From Octopus vulgaris (Eukaryota), in contig OX597831.1 in NCBI GenBank assembly GCA_951406725.2, positions 5,084,001-5,148,000 of the forward strand: a stretch of DNA of 64,000 nucleotides. The letters run 5' to 3'. Both the position numbers and the translations under genes were made by a program. Shown piece by piece: positions 1 to 11,280 of this stretch; within the stretch, counting starts at the first letter, position 1; each line of letters starts with the position of its first letter. The notes beneath the pieces were generated by a model. The model made no database searches and was not told where the DNA came from. It saw nothing but the letters and a program-made list of their open reading frames with translations.

Positions 1-7
1 AGTTTCA

Positions 8-214
8 ATTTTTGGCACACGGCCAGCAGTTTTGGGGAGTGGGTAAGTCGATTAGATCGACCCCAGTTTTCAACTGGTACTTTATGTTATTGGCCCCGAA
101 AAGAATGAAAGGCAATGTTGACCCCAGTGGAATTTGAACTCAGAACGTAAAGACGGGAGAAATACCGTTAAAAATTTTGGCCGGCGTGCTAACGATTCTG
201 CCAACTCGCAGCCT
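8..214 (-). mobile_element. tRNA-derived SINE, family A (head GGCGGCGAGCTGGCAGAA)
   Basis: Reverse complement has an A-box-like head, B-box GAGTTCAAATTCC and central GCCTTTCATxCTTTCGGGG..GATAA..AAGTACCAG. The same sequence recurs more than 20 times in the window. Confidence 0.85.
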
Positions 215-237
215 TACGACTATTAGTAATATCGGCT

Positions 238-632
238 ACAAATTTTAGCACTGAGCCAGCAATTTCGAGAGAGGGAATAAGTTGATTAGATCGACTACAG
301 TGCGAAACTGGTACTTTATTTTATCGGCTACGAAAGGATGAAAGGCAATGTCGACCTCGGTGGAATTTGAACTCAGAGCGTAAAGACGGACGAAATACCT
401 ATTTCTTTACTAACCACAAGGGGCTAAACACAGAAGGAACAAACAAGGACAGACAAACGGATTAAGTCGATTATATCGACCCCAGTGCGTAACTGGTACT
501 TAATTTTATCGACCCCGAAAGGATGAAAGGCAAAGTCGACCTCGGCGGAATTTGAACTCAGAACATAGCGGCAGATGAAATACCGTTAAACATTTTACCC
601 GGTGTGCTAACGATTCTGCCAGCTCGCAACCT
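238..632 (-). mobile_element. SINE family A dimer (full long-tail copy 395-632 followed by 5'-truncated copy 238-398)
   Basis: Two tandem copies of the family A body, with minus-strand junction tail AAAGAAATAG|GTATTTCGTC. Confidence 0.85.
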
Positions 633-665
633 TACAACTATTGTTAGTATTATCACAGAGTATAA

Positions 666-880
666 AGCGGAGATCTAGCAGAATCGTTAGCATGCCGGGT
701 GAAATGCTTAGCGGTATTTCATCTGTCTTTACATTCTGAGTTCAAATTCCGCCGAGGTCGACTTTGCCTTTCATCGTTTGAGGGTCGATAAATTAAGTAC
801 CAGTTGTGTACTGGGATAGACCTAATCGACTGGCCACCTTCCCCAAAATTTCGGGCCTTGTGCCTAGGTTAGAAAAGGAT
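666..880 (+). mobile_element. SINE family A, full length, short-tail variant
   Basis: GCGGAGATCTAGCAGAATCGTTAGCATGCCGGG...GAGTTCAAATTCCGCCGAGGTCGAC...GTGCCTAGGTTAGAAAAG. Head-to-head with the copy ending at 632. Confidence 0.85.
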
Positions 881-1180
881 ATCATCATAGAGTATAATTA
901 TAACTGCACCTCATCAATGCGGTTCAGCTTCCGGTCACAATCCACTGATCAGTTTTCTGGATGTCAGTAAGAGATACCAAATGAATGAGGCTCAGTCCCA
1001 AAACCTGCAATCAATTAATCTAGCTCAGCTGCTCTCAAATGTCGTCCGTATGACCCTTGGCAATCCATTTAAGATTTTGTAGTTAAGATTTATGCGCAAT
1101 GAATTAATTATATTTCTACAACACTGAAAATATTTCAACGATATTTTAATGTAATTCCTAATAATATTTAATTATTAATT

Positions 1181-1632
1181 AAGGCAGCCAGCTGGCAGAA
1201 CCATAAGCATGCCGGACAAAATACTTAGCGGCATTTCGTCCGTCATTGCGTTCTGTGTTCAAATTCTGCCGAGGTCGAATTTGCCTTTCATCTTTTCGGG
1301 GTCAATAAAACAGATATCAGTTGAAGACTGGTGGGGGGGGGGTCAATGTGATCGACTTATACCCACCCACTCCCCGAAATTGCTGGCCTTGTGCCAAAAC
1401 ATGAAACCGATAGTTGTGAGGAGGCGAGCTGGCAGAATCGTTAACACGCCGAACAAAATACTTAGAGGCATTTCGTCTGCCTTTGCGGACTGTGTTCAAA
1501 TTCCACCGAGGTCGACTTTGCCTTTTGTCCTTTCAGATTCGATGAAATAAATACCAGTTGAATACTGGGGTCGATTTAATTAACTTACTCCCTCACCGGA
1601 AATTCCTGTCCTTGTGCCAAATTTTGAAGCCA
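1181..1632 (+). mobile_element. Two tandem SINE family A copies (about 1181-1410 and 1421-1632)
   Basis: Both carry the family head, B-box and central domain. ORF 1209-1550 is just their translation. Confidence 0.85.
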
Positions 1633-1705
1633 GTATTTAATTGTAAAAACATAAGATTTTGTCACATGTAAACAAACATAAGTCTGTTTTTGAAGCGTTG
1701 AAATG

Positions 1706-2213
1706 TATTGTAGAAAAAGTAAAAAGATAAATTTTATTCCAACACGCAAATACTAAACAGTATATACAAAGGATAAAATCTTTGCCGGTAAATTTCTCTG
1801 CTCCTAAAAGGATTTTATCCTTTATATATACTGTTTAGTATTTTTTTTAAATTTATGCGCCCTTTTCAAGCCTAGCCAGGCTCATGGGCCCGCTTTCCCG
1901 GTTTCTATGGCGTATGTGTTCCCCCCAGCTGGACGGGACGCCAGTCCATCGCAGCGTTACTCAAGAAACAGGAAGAAAGAGTGAGAGAAAGTTGGAGCGA
2001 AAGAGTACAACAGGGGTCGCCACCACCCCCTACCTGAGCGTCGTGGAGCTTTAGGTATTTTCGTTCAATAAACACACACAACACCCGGTCTGGAAATCGA
2101 TACCGTGATCCTCCGACTGCAAGTCCGCTGCTCTAACCACTAGGCCATTGCGCCTCCACGTTTAGTATTTACGTGTTGGTAAAAAAATTTACCCATCTAC
2201 TTGTTCTATAATA
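1706..2213. mobile_element. Fold-back (MITE-like) element interrupted by a SINE
   Basis: Left arm 1706-1783 is the imperfect reverse complement of 1808-1843 joined to 2171-2213. Confidence 0.65.
1844..2159 (-). mobile_element. tRNA-derived SINE family C with V-domain-like core; 11-bp TSD
   Basis: Minus strand: tRNA-like head GGAGGCGCAATGGCCTAGTGGTTAGAGC and core CTGCGATGGACTGGCGTCCCGTCCAG (V-SINE-like). TSD GTTTAGTATTT at 1833-1843 and 2160-2170. A fragment of the same core lies at about 21240-21315. Confidence 0.85.
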
Positions 2214-2320
2214 AGATTTTTTTTTTTCAATATAGGGATCCAGCAGCGTAAAACGAGAATCGAAGGGATCCATAGGTAAAAAGTGGTTGGGAACAGCTGG
2301 GCCCTAGTTGTCTGCAGTGA

Positions 2321-2686
2321 TGGACAAACGGATTAAGTCGATTACATCGACCCCAGTGCGTAACTGGTACTTATTTAATTGACCCCGAAAGGATGAAAGG
2401 TAAAGTCGACCTCGGCGGAATTTGAACTCCGAACATAACAGCAGATGAAATACTTATTTCTTTACTACCCACAAGGGGCTAACACAGAGAGGACAAATAA
2501 TGACAGACAAACGGATTAAGTTGATTATATCGACCCCAATGTGTAACTGGTACTTATTCAATCCACCCCGAAAGGATGAAAGGTAAAGTCGACCTCGGCG
2601 GAATTTCAACTCAGAACGTAGCGGCAGACGAAATACCGCTAAGCATTTCGCCCAGCGTGCTAACGTTTCTGCCAGCCCGCCGCCTT
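2321..2686 (-). mobile_element. SINE family A dimer (full copy 2455-2686 plus truncated copy 2321-2455)
   Basis: Same dimer junction as at about 395. Confidence 0.85.
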
Positions 2687-2734
2687 ATAATGAACAGTAA
2701 AAACGTGATTGAGAGTGAACTGTTCAGCTTTCTG

Positions 2735-2908
2735 CCGAACGACCTTCGTCAAATCGACGTTGCCTGAACAGGTTCACGGTGTACCACGCGTCAGGTGTCC
2801 AAGTGATCGCAGAGCAACGTGAGATTGAAGTGGTTTACACAACGAAACCCCCCCAGTCAAGGAATCGAAACCACGATTCCTAGACAGGGTGGTAGCCACT
2901 GGGCCATA
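2735..2908 (-). mobile_element. Diverged tRNA-derived SINE (family F)
   Basis: Shares GATCGCAGAGCAACGT...GGAATCGAA motifs with 29780-29950. B-box-like GTTTCGATTCC on the minus strand. Confidence 0.55.
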
Positions 2909-3295
2909 GGTACCATAGGTACCAGATTAATGTTATTCAGTCATAGGCCACAGTTCCCCAATCAGTTCACGTAGCTATTTCGTTAGAGACAAGCAATTAC
3001 GTCACTGACATCAACGCATCCTTTCGCAATGCCGGCTTAAACACATTCTGATTTACAAACACCCTTGCAGACATCTTCTGGCACAAATGTGCACGAAGTA
3101 AGGCAGACGCACGCACGCATGCCCACGTGACTTCCTCTGCATACGTACATTTATATATGTGTTAATGTGTTACATATACTCGCGATGCGTCGTGTGTCTC
3201 TATTCGCCAGCCATCTCTTCGTACATGTGATTAAATGTGTGCGTGTACAGCTAGAGAAACAGAATGAGAAAAAGACAGAGAGAGAGAGAGAGTGT

Positions 3296-3338
<43 letters not shown>

Positions 3339-3497
3339 CGGGGTCGGCTCAATAGTGATTTGATGAAATAAGATGTTAACAGGTGATGATTTGTTTGGAG
3401 ATAGAAGCGGCAGACATTTTTGGAAGTAATACTATTAAACACCGCTTGACATACATAAACACAAACACACAGACATAAACACACACACACACACACA

Positions 3498-3534
<37 letters not shown>

Positions 3535-3539
3535 GCATG

Positions 3540-3574
<35 letters not shown>

Positions 3575-3879
3575 GCACAGACATAAACACGTATACACAC
3601 ACAGCACATGTATAAATAACTCAATAAGCTGTTGTGAGGCAATGAAGCATCTAATGGCGTGTTGTTGTGGGGCAGTAGGGAGATGTTACAGTGAAGTGGA
3701 GAGAGACCGAATGAGTGAGAAAAACACAGACAGATAGACAGAGTGGGACATAGAGAGAGAGAGAGAGAGTGAGAGAGAGGAAGTGGGAATGAGATAGAGG
3801 GAGCGTAGGGCGGGAAGAAGAAGGAGGGGAAAATATTGGTTGTTGGGGGAAAATAATAATATATACATACATTTGTATG

Positions 3880-3946
<67 letters not shown>

Positions 3947-4019
3947 GGATGGATAGATAGATAGAGAGTAAGAGATAGATAGAGAAAGAGAGAGAGAGAC
4001 ACACACACAGCTAGCTAGC

Positions 4020-4335
<316 letters not shown>

Positions 4336-5108
4336 GAGATATATAGGTAGAAATAGATAGTGAGAGAGACAGATAGACAGCAAGAGAGAGGGGGATAAGA
4401 GAAGTGAGAAAGAGGGAGCAATTGTTGGAAAAGTAGTTTTGTTAGGTAGAGGAATAATGAGTGAAAGGATGAGGTGTGGTAAGAGTTAGAGATACTTAAG
4501 CGACTGAGTGTTGTAAAATTGAGGGCTTTTATATAACTATATATGTGTATGTGTGTTAATATAGGTATACAGACCTAGAGAGAGAGGGGGATGAGAGAGA
4601 GGAGGATCGGGAGAATAGAAGGATGATAGGAAAGATACTGTGGTGAAGGCAGCAATAAAATAGAAAGGCAGAAAGAAGGAAATGAAAGAGAGAGAGAGGG
4701 AGAAAGAAAATGGGCGAATTGATTACAGAGGGGAAGCCGGAAGCTAGTCTTTTGATAACAAACGTTGTCTTTGGTTCACTGGTGGTATGTGGTGGCCATT
4801 TTAAACGGCAAACTCTTGAAGCAGCTCACTTTAAAATATCGTCAAACTGACTGCGTCCATAATGGCGGATTTATGCAAATAACTTGACTCTGCAAATTTC
4901 TACTTGAATTCATTATTCAGGTTTTGTGAGCGCCTAATCTATTCGGGAGGCCGTTCCCTTTGCCAAATAGAAACGCAGACCAACACACTAAAAACACGTA
5001 ACCATTCATCCATATTTACATAAACGCACACATACACACAAATAAAGGCATATCTGCAAGCAAACGTCGACGCACACCTGCTCATCCATTCACGTTTAAA
5101 TAACCTTA

Positions 5109-5145
<37 letters not shown>

Positions 5146-5168
5146 TATATATATATACATATATATAT

Positions 5169-5251
<83 letters not shown>

Positions 5252-5575
5252 GACATATATATATATATATATCTGTGTGTGTGTATATATATATTTATAT
5301 TTATATATATATATATATGTTTGTGTGTGTGTGTGTGTGTATAAATGCACAGATATACACTCTAATAGGCATAGCATAATGCATATACACACACGCACAC
5401 ACATGGATAGAAGTAAATACACAAGCGAATACAGGCACCCTACCATGCATCACGTTTAAATAACCTTACTTACATTCATATAAATATATATACGTACATG
5501 CATATATATATATATATATATATATACCTTGTGGGCACATGTATAGCCTAACATACACGCAGAGGCGCATATACA

Positions 5576-5631
<56 letters not shown>

Positions 5632-6076
5632 TGTATATATAGATCCATGCACGAGCACAATTAAAGACACACATTTCCGCAACGTTGTGTATATAATCGT
5701 GTTTACATGCATGTATAATATTCGGATATATACACACAGTTGCTTACTTATATACTATAAAAATATATTTACATATCTATATTTTCGAATTTTATGTTCT
5801 CTTACTCCAACAAATGGAATAACTTTGTTAAATGCAAGATAGGAATAAGAAGAAAGATTTTTAGCTGTTATTTGTTGTTGTATAACCCCAGGTAAACCAC
5901 TAGGACTATGATCAAAGACATTCCAGCCAAGACCGTCTCTTCTCATTAGGGACATACACGATTATATTATCCATTGAATTCTTCGCTCTCTTAGAACGTT
6001 GGAATTATTTTGATGGCGGTTTGACTGCTATTTCAAGTATATGAAACATTTCCATAGTTTCTAACGGGAATCCGTC

Positions 6077-6331
6077 GCTAAGTTACGGGAACGTAAGCGC
6101 ACAAACACCAGTTACCGGGTGGTGATGCGGGTGGACAAACGCTGACACAAAGACACACACACACATGTGTGTGTGTGTGCGTGTGTGTGTGTGTGTGTGC
6201 GTGTGTGTGCGTGTGTGTGTGTATATATACATACATACATGTATATATATGTGTGTGGGTGAATTTGGTAGACGGAAACTGAAAGAAGCCCGGCGTATGT
6301 ATGTGGATATATATATATAAGTATGTATATG

Positions 6332-6378
<47 letters not shown>

Positions 6379-6388
6379 ATGTATCTGT

Positions 6389-6427
<39 letters not shown>

Positions 6428-6610
6428 AGAGAGAGAGAGAGAGAGACACACACACACACACATGTATATTTATAATCCACTCACAAGGCTTTCGTCGACC
6501 CGGGCTATACTAGAAGATATTTGCCTAAGGTACCACGGAGTGGGACTGAACACGTAACCGTTTGGTAACCATTTGGTTGGAAAGCAGGCTTCACTCAGCC
6601 ACGCCTGTGC
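6077..6610 (-). mobile_element. SINE family B (head GGCGCAGGAGTGGCTGTGTGGTAAG) with expanded internal (TA)/(CA) tract, rearranged
   Basis: Head at 6480-6610 and tail segment at 6077-6160 match the full copies at 40610, 56851 and 63328. An internal piece (6255-6300) is in the opposite orientation. Confidence 0.7.
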
Positions 6611-6840
6611 CCATATATAAACCAGGAAACCTAATTGAATCTTCGAACTGCATTTCAAGAGATAAACAAACAAGAGGAGATAACTTCAATACTAAGGAAG
6701 AGGACATAGGATTATATATTTTAGAAATAACTGCTAAATCTCACTTCAATTATACATCTATATGTGTGTGTGTTTGTACATAAATGTATTTATGCATGTT
6801 TATATATGTGAAAGTACTTCTTTCTATATATATGTATGTG

Positions 6841-6891
<51 letters not shown>

Positions 6892-6950
6892 GTATGTATA
6901 AATGTTCACATATGTATATATCTATATGTGTGTATGTGTGTGTATATATG

Positions 6951-6993
<43 letters not shown>

Positions 6994-7066
6994 GTATGCA
7001 TATACATCTATATATTTACGTCTATACATATATGAATATTTATATATATATATATATGCGTGTGTT

Positions 7067-7101
<35 letters not shown>

Positions 7102-7554
7102 GTGTACGTATGTGTAAATATACAACCGCACACACACACATACGGAAACGTTCCTGAAATATTTACAAGTTCTAATCTGCAAGTCTATTTACTCACAAGA
7201 AATCACTTGTTACGTTGTAAGCTATTGATTTTCTGCATTCAATTGTATTTATCGATCTGTTTTTGTATGAGATACACCAACAATACACAGTTCTTTAGCC
7301 GTCACTTATCGACTGATAAATTTATTGAACACTCAAAAAAAAAAAAAAGAATAAATAAATAAATACATTCAGGAACAAAAATTTTGCCTTCATAATGTAA
7401 AGAAATTGTTGTAAGAATTATCTCCCATTAACACCAAAAACATGTCACTCTCTATTCTGTATACAAGAAGAAGCAGTGAAAATTGTAAACTTTGTATGAT
7501 ATTTCCCAATACAAAGACAAGGACAAAAGTATTGATACACACACACACAAAATT

Positions 7555-7760
7555 TATAGAAAAACAATAAACGAAGACAGGTGTATGAATAAAAAGCAAG
7601 TGTATTAGTTTGACGCTCTGGAAAAATGAAAAGGTCTTTTACGTTTCGAGCCTACGCTCCTCAACAGAAAGGACTAAGAAAAAATAAATAGAGAGAGAGA
7701 GAGAGAGAGAGAGAGAAAACGATTTCAGCGGTCCAGCATGGCGATCCAGATTCAGCGGTC
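7555..7760 (-). mobile_element. Penelope-like terminal repeat fragment with hammerhead-like motif
   Basis: Homologous to 52625-52810 (-) and 49139-49245 (+). Contains CTGTTGA-G-GAGC-GTAG-GCTC-GAAAC-GTA on the minus strand. Confidence 0.55.
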
Positions 7761-7789
7761 CATCGTTGCTATATATATATATATATATA

Positions 7790-7996
7790 TTATTTCTTTA
7801 TTGCCCACAAGGGGCTAAACATAGAGAGGACAAACAAGGACAGACAAAGGGGTTAAGTCGATTACATCGATCCCAGTGCGTAACTGGTACTTAGTTTATC
7901 GACCTCGAAAGGGTGAAAGGCAAAGTCGACCTCGGCGGAATTTGAACTTAGAACGTAACGGCAGGCGAAATACCGCTAAGCATTTCGCCCGGTGTG
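7790..7996 (-). mobile_element. SINE family A, long-tail variant, 5'-truncated
   Basis: Matches 395-632. Confidence 0.85.
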
Positions 7997-8237
7997 TTTA
8001 ATATTTATATATATATAATTGCCAAAAAACACAACAGACAAGAACAACATGCCTAGTACAACTCTGCACATCTAGCATGACATCCCCTCTTATACGTATG
8101 TACCTGATGTGACACAAGTTACACAGATTGGTGCAACACAGTTATATACACAATATCCTACCCATAACAGGACAGATGCAGGATAGGTCGAAACGATTGT
8201 CGTACTGAATAAAGACTAGTGCTAAATCATCAATTAC

Positions 8238-8320
<83 letters not shown>

Positions 8321-8351
8321 TGTGTATATTGTTGTATTTCGGGATACACTT

Positions 8352-8550
8352 TATTCTTTTACTTGTTTCAGTCATTAGCCTGCGGCCATGCTGGAGTACC
8401 GCCTTTAGTCGAACAATTCGACCCCATAACTTATTCTGTTGTAAGCCTGTTACTTATTCTATCGGTTGATTTTGCCGAACTGCTATATACGGGGATGTAA
8501 ACACACCAACATCGGTTGTCAAGACAGTCAAGTAGATAGACAGATACACA

Positions 8551-8590
<40 letters not shown>
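8352..8590 (-). mobile_element. SINE family B 3' half
   Basis: CTTTTACTTGTTTCAGTCATT..GCGGCCATGCTGGAG tail. Similar partial copies lie at about 17050-17195(-), 17325-17505(+), 19515-19722(-), 32546-32750(-), 40385-40595(+), 52830-53045(+) and 55235-55530(-). Confidence 0.8.
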
Positions 8591-8592
<2 letters not shown>

Positions 8593-8947
8593 GAATGACA
8601 GGAGTGAAGGGGAGACACGAATATAGGTATTTATCGACAGGAAAATCGCTTTAGTTAATATTCTTATTTGAACAAACGCAACTTCGTCCCTTTTCTCTCT
8701 CACTCTCTCTCCTTACATAGTTAAACTACCCAAGGGTCTACTCTCACTGGCCCTCATTCTTCACGCACCAACACCTCCAAAGAGTCCCCTGCCACCACCA
8801 CTACCACCATTATCCGACCGTTATCCCGCTCCAAGCTTGATCTCCTGTTGACAGCCACTCCAGTCATGACCTTGTTGACGAATTATTATTGATTAAGGGC
8901 CTCTGAAATTTCCCACCCGCTCATACAACTACCACCATCACAAACTT

Positions 8948-9013
<66 letters not shown>

Positions 9014-9087
9014 CATTACTACTACCACTACTGCTGCTATTGCTGCTGCAACTACTACGACGACGACTACAGCTGTTGCTGCTGCTG

Positions 9088-9127
<40 letters not shown>

Positions 9128-10285
9128 GTCTACTACTGCTGCTGCTGCTGCTGTTACCGCCACCAACACCAGCACAACATTACCATCGCAATCTCTACTA
9201 CCACAATCGTCACCTCCATGATAAAGCTGACGATACTACACCACCGCCACCACCACCGCCACGATCGCTAATGTCACCGTCGATACCATCACCAAAACTG
9301 ACACAGCCGACATCATCACCACCATTAGCGCCATTGACATTACCATCTCCACCACCACCATTACCGTTAACGATGCCGGCAGCATCAACACACCACCATC
9401 ATCGTCACTACAATATCACCATCATAATCACCACCACCACCACCACCGCAGCAACCACCACCATCACCGTCATCACCAAGACCATCACCATCATCACCAA
9501 CACCATCACCACCACCACCACCACCATTATCACCAACACAACCACCATCACACCACCACCATCACAACGACCACCATTATCACCAACACAACCACCATCA
9601 CACCACCACACAACACAACACCACCATCATCACCAACACAACCACCATCGCTACCACCACCATCATCACCATCACCATCACCACCACCACCATCATCACT
9701 ACCACCGTCATCACCACCACCACCACCACAAACAGCACAATCACCACCACCACCACCACCACCATCACCACCACCACAATCAGCACAACCACCACCACCA
9801 CCCTCATCACCACCACCACCACCACCACCATCACCACCACCACAAACAGCACAACCACCACCACCACCCTCATCACCACCACCACCACCACCACCATCAC
9901 CACCACCACAATCAGCACAACCACCAGCACCACAGCTGTAACTATCACTACTACACATCATCATCATCATCCCCACCACCACCAGTATCACCCATACCGC
10001 CATCCTCTACTACCACTAACACCACCACCACAGCCATCCCTATCATTACGGACACCACTTCCATTATTATGAACACCACCACCGCCACCACCATCGCCAT
10101 CACCACCACCACCACCACCACCACCACCACCACCACCACCATCATCACCACCAGCACCACCATCAGCATCACAACCGTCACTACACACTACTAACTCCTC
10201 CGCTACCCCCACTTTCACTATCACCACCACCACCACCACTTCACGCCACTGACCCCATCACCACTACCACCCCCGCGACCACCTC
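8948..10285. repeat. Long degenerate (CTA)n/(CAC)n/(CAT)n trinucleotide tract with 66-bp higher-order units
   Basis: CAGCACAA-anchored units start at 9733, 9781, 9847 and 9913. This tract is the source of the 384-aa poly-L/T/H ORF. Confidence 0.9.
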
Positions 10286-10572
10286 CACATTAACAACAAT
10301 AGGACTGTCACCGCCGAGTATAATTTATCATCTAGTAAAAGACAATGTCTCAATTTAACAAAAATCACAGCCCTACTCACCCCCCTCCGAACCCTCACTC
10401 CCCCTCCCGTTTCCCCACTTCAGCTCACTGCCTCCTCTATTCACACCGCGTCAATGAAGGGAGAGCATGAACGCCACATAGCGTCTCTCCTCCTCCTCCT
10501 CCTCCTCCTCCTCCTCCTCCTCCGAATTAATGAACTTTCATCTCTTAAACTAAATCGGTATTGCACGAATTA

Positions 10573-10930
10573 CAAAATGGCGGCCTGTTAGTAGAATTGG
10601 TAGAACGACTGGTAACATGGCGGAGGGTTGAGAAAGTGACAGACGACATGGTGGTCGGCTGGTTGGTTGGTTGGTTGGTTGGATGGTTGGCTGGTTGGTT
10701 GGCAATATGGCGGTAGATTGGCAGAATCGGTAAGAACACGGGCAAAATGGCGGCGAGCTGGTAGAACTGGTAGAGACACAGGTATTATGACGGTGGATTG
10801 GTAGAGTAACAAACAATATGGCGACAGGCTGGCAGAATTGATTGTTAGACTGATTGGCAATATGGCGGCGAGTTCGCTGTTCTCCTTTTTTACTCCTCCT
10901 CCTCGACTCTCTCGTCACTGACACGTGACC
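10573..10930 (+). promoter_or_regulatory. Candidate regulatory island: six YY1/Pho-type AAnATGGCG motifs, four ATTGG (CCAAT) boxes, E-box
   Basis: AAAATGGCGG 10574 and 10744, AACATGGCGG 10614, AATATGGCG 10704, 10815 and 10859. ATTGG at about 10596, 10717, 10797 and 10853. CACGTGAC at 10922. Confidence 0.4.
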
Positions 10931-11247
10931 AGCGGGAAACCCCCTTTCCAACTGCTATCTTCACCAAGACCAGACTGCTTATCCTATCTCTCTCATAAGC
11001 TGTCTCCTCAAGCGTTGATAATAATTTTTCCATCGTCTTGCCTTAACAGCCCTCATCGTTTGTTTTTACTGTGTTATTCTCTTTATTCTGTCTTTTACTG
11101 ATTTTACTTTTATTGCTTTTGCTGTTTGTTTTGTTCTTACTGTCCTGATCTTGTTACCACTTTTACTCCTCCGCAAAAAAATCCCAAATTTTATTTAATT
11201 TGCTTTGCGGGAAGGACTGTTTCAGCTAAGTCGCGTTTTGTCCTTAC

Positions 11248-11280
11248 CTTCGAAACGCGGAGTAGACAGAACAGGGACAA
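11248..11280 (-). CDS. Candidate 33-nt frame-preserving microexon of an unidentified minus-strand gene
   Basis: Minus strand ATATTCCCCTTCTTCAG|TTGTCCCTGTTCTGTCTACTCCGCGTTTCGAAG|GTAAGG. Open in all three phases; phase 1 reads VPVLSTPRFE. Confidence 0.4.

Noticed and set aside
1209-1550. 113-aa ORF
   Set aside because: It lies entirely within two tandem SINE copies.
3071-3097. Plus-strand 27-nt microexon (TTGCAG|...|GTAAGG)
   Set aside because: The polypyrimidine tract is poor and it is on the opposite strand to the other splice candidates.
8717-8902. Minus-strand 186-nt exon (TTTCAG...|GTAAGG)
   Set aside because: It has stops in all three frames, so it could only be non-coding. Plus-strand frames after the 8720 acceptor also close quickly.
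9040-10194. 384-aa ORF rich in L/P/T/H
   Set aside because: It is a translation of stop-free trinucleotide repeats with a non-ATG start inside a repeat, no domain and no splice support.
10573-10875. CRISPR-like repeat-spacer appearance
   Set aside because: The context is eukaryotic, the repeats are degenerate and irregularly spaced, and there are no cas genes.
11046-11059. 14-mer ACAGCCCTCATCGT shared with about 47216
   Set aside because: A single 14-bp match within a window this size is expected by chance, and the flanks do not align.
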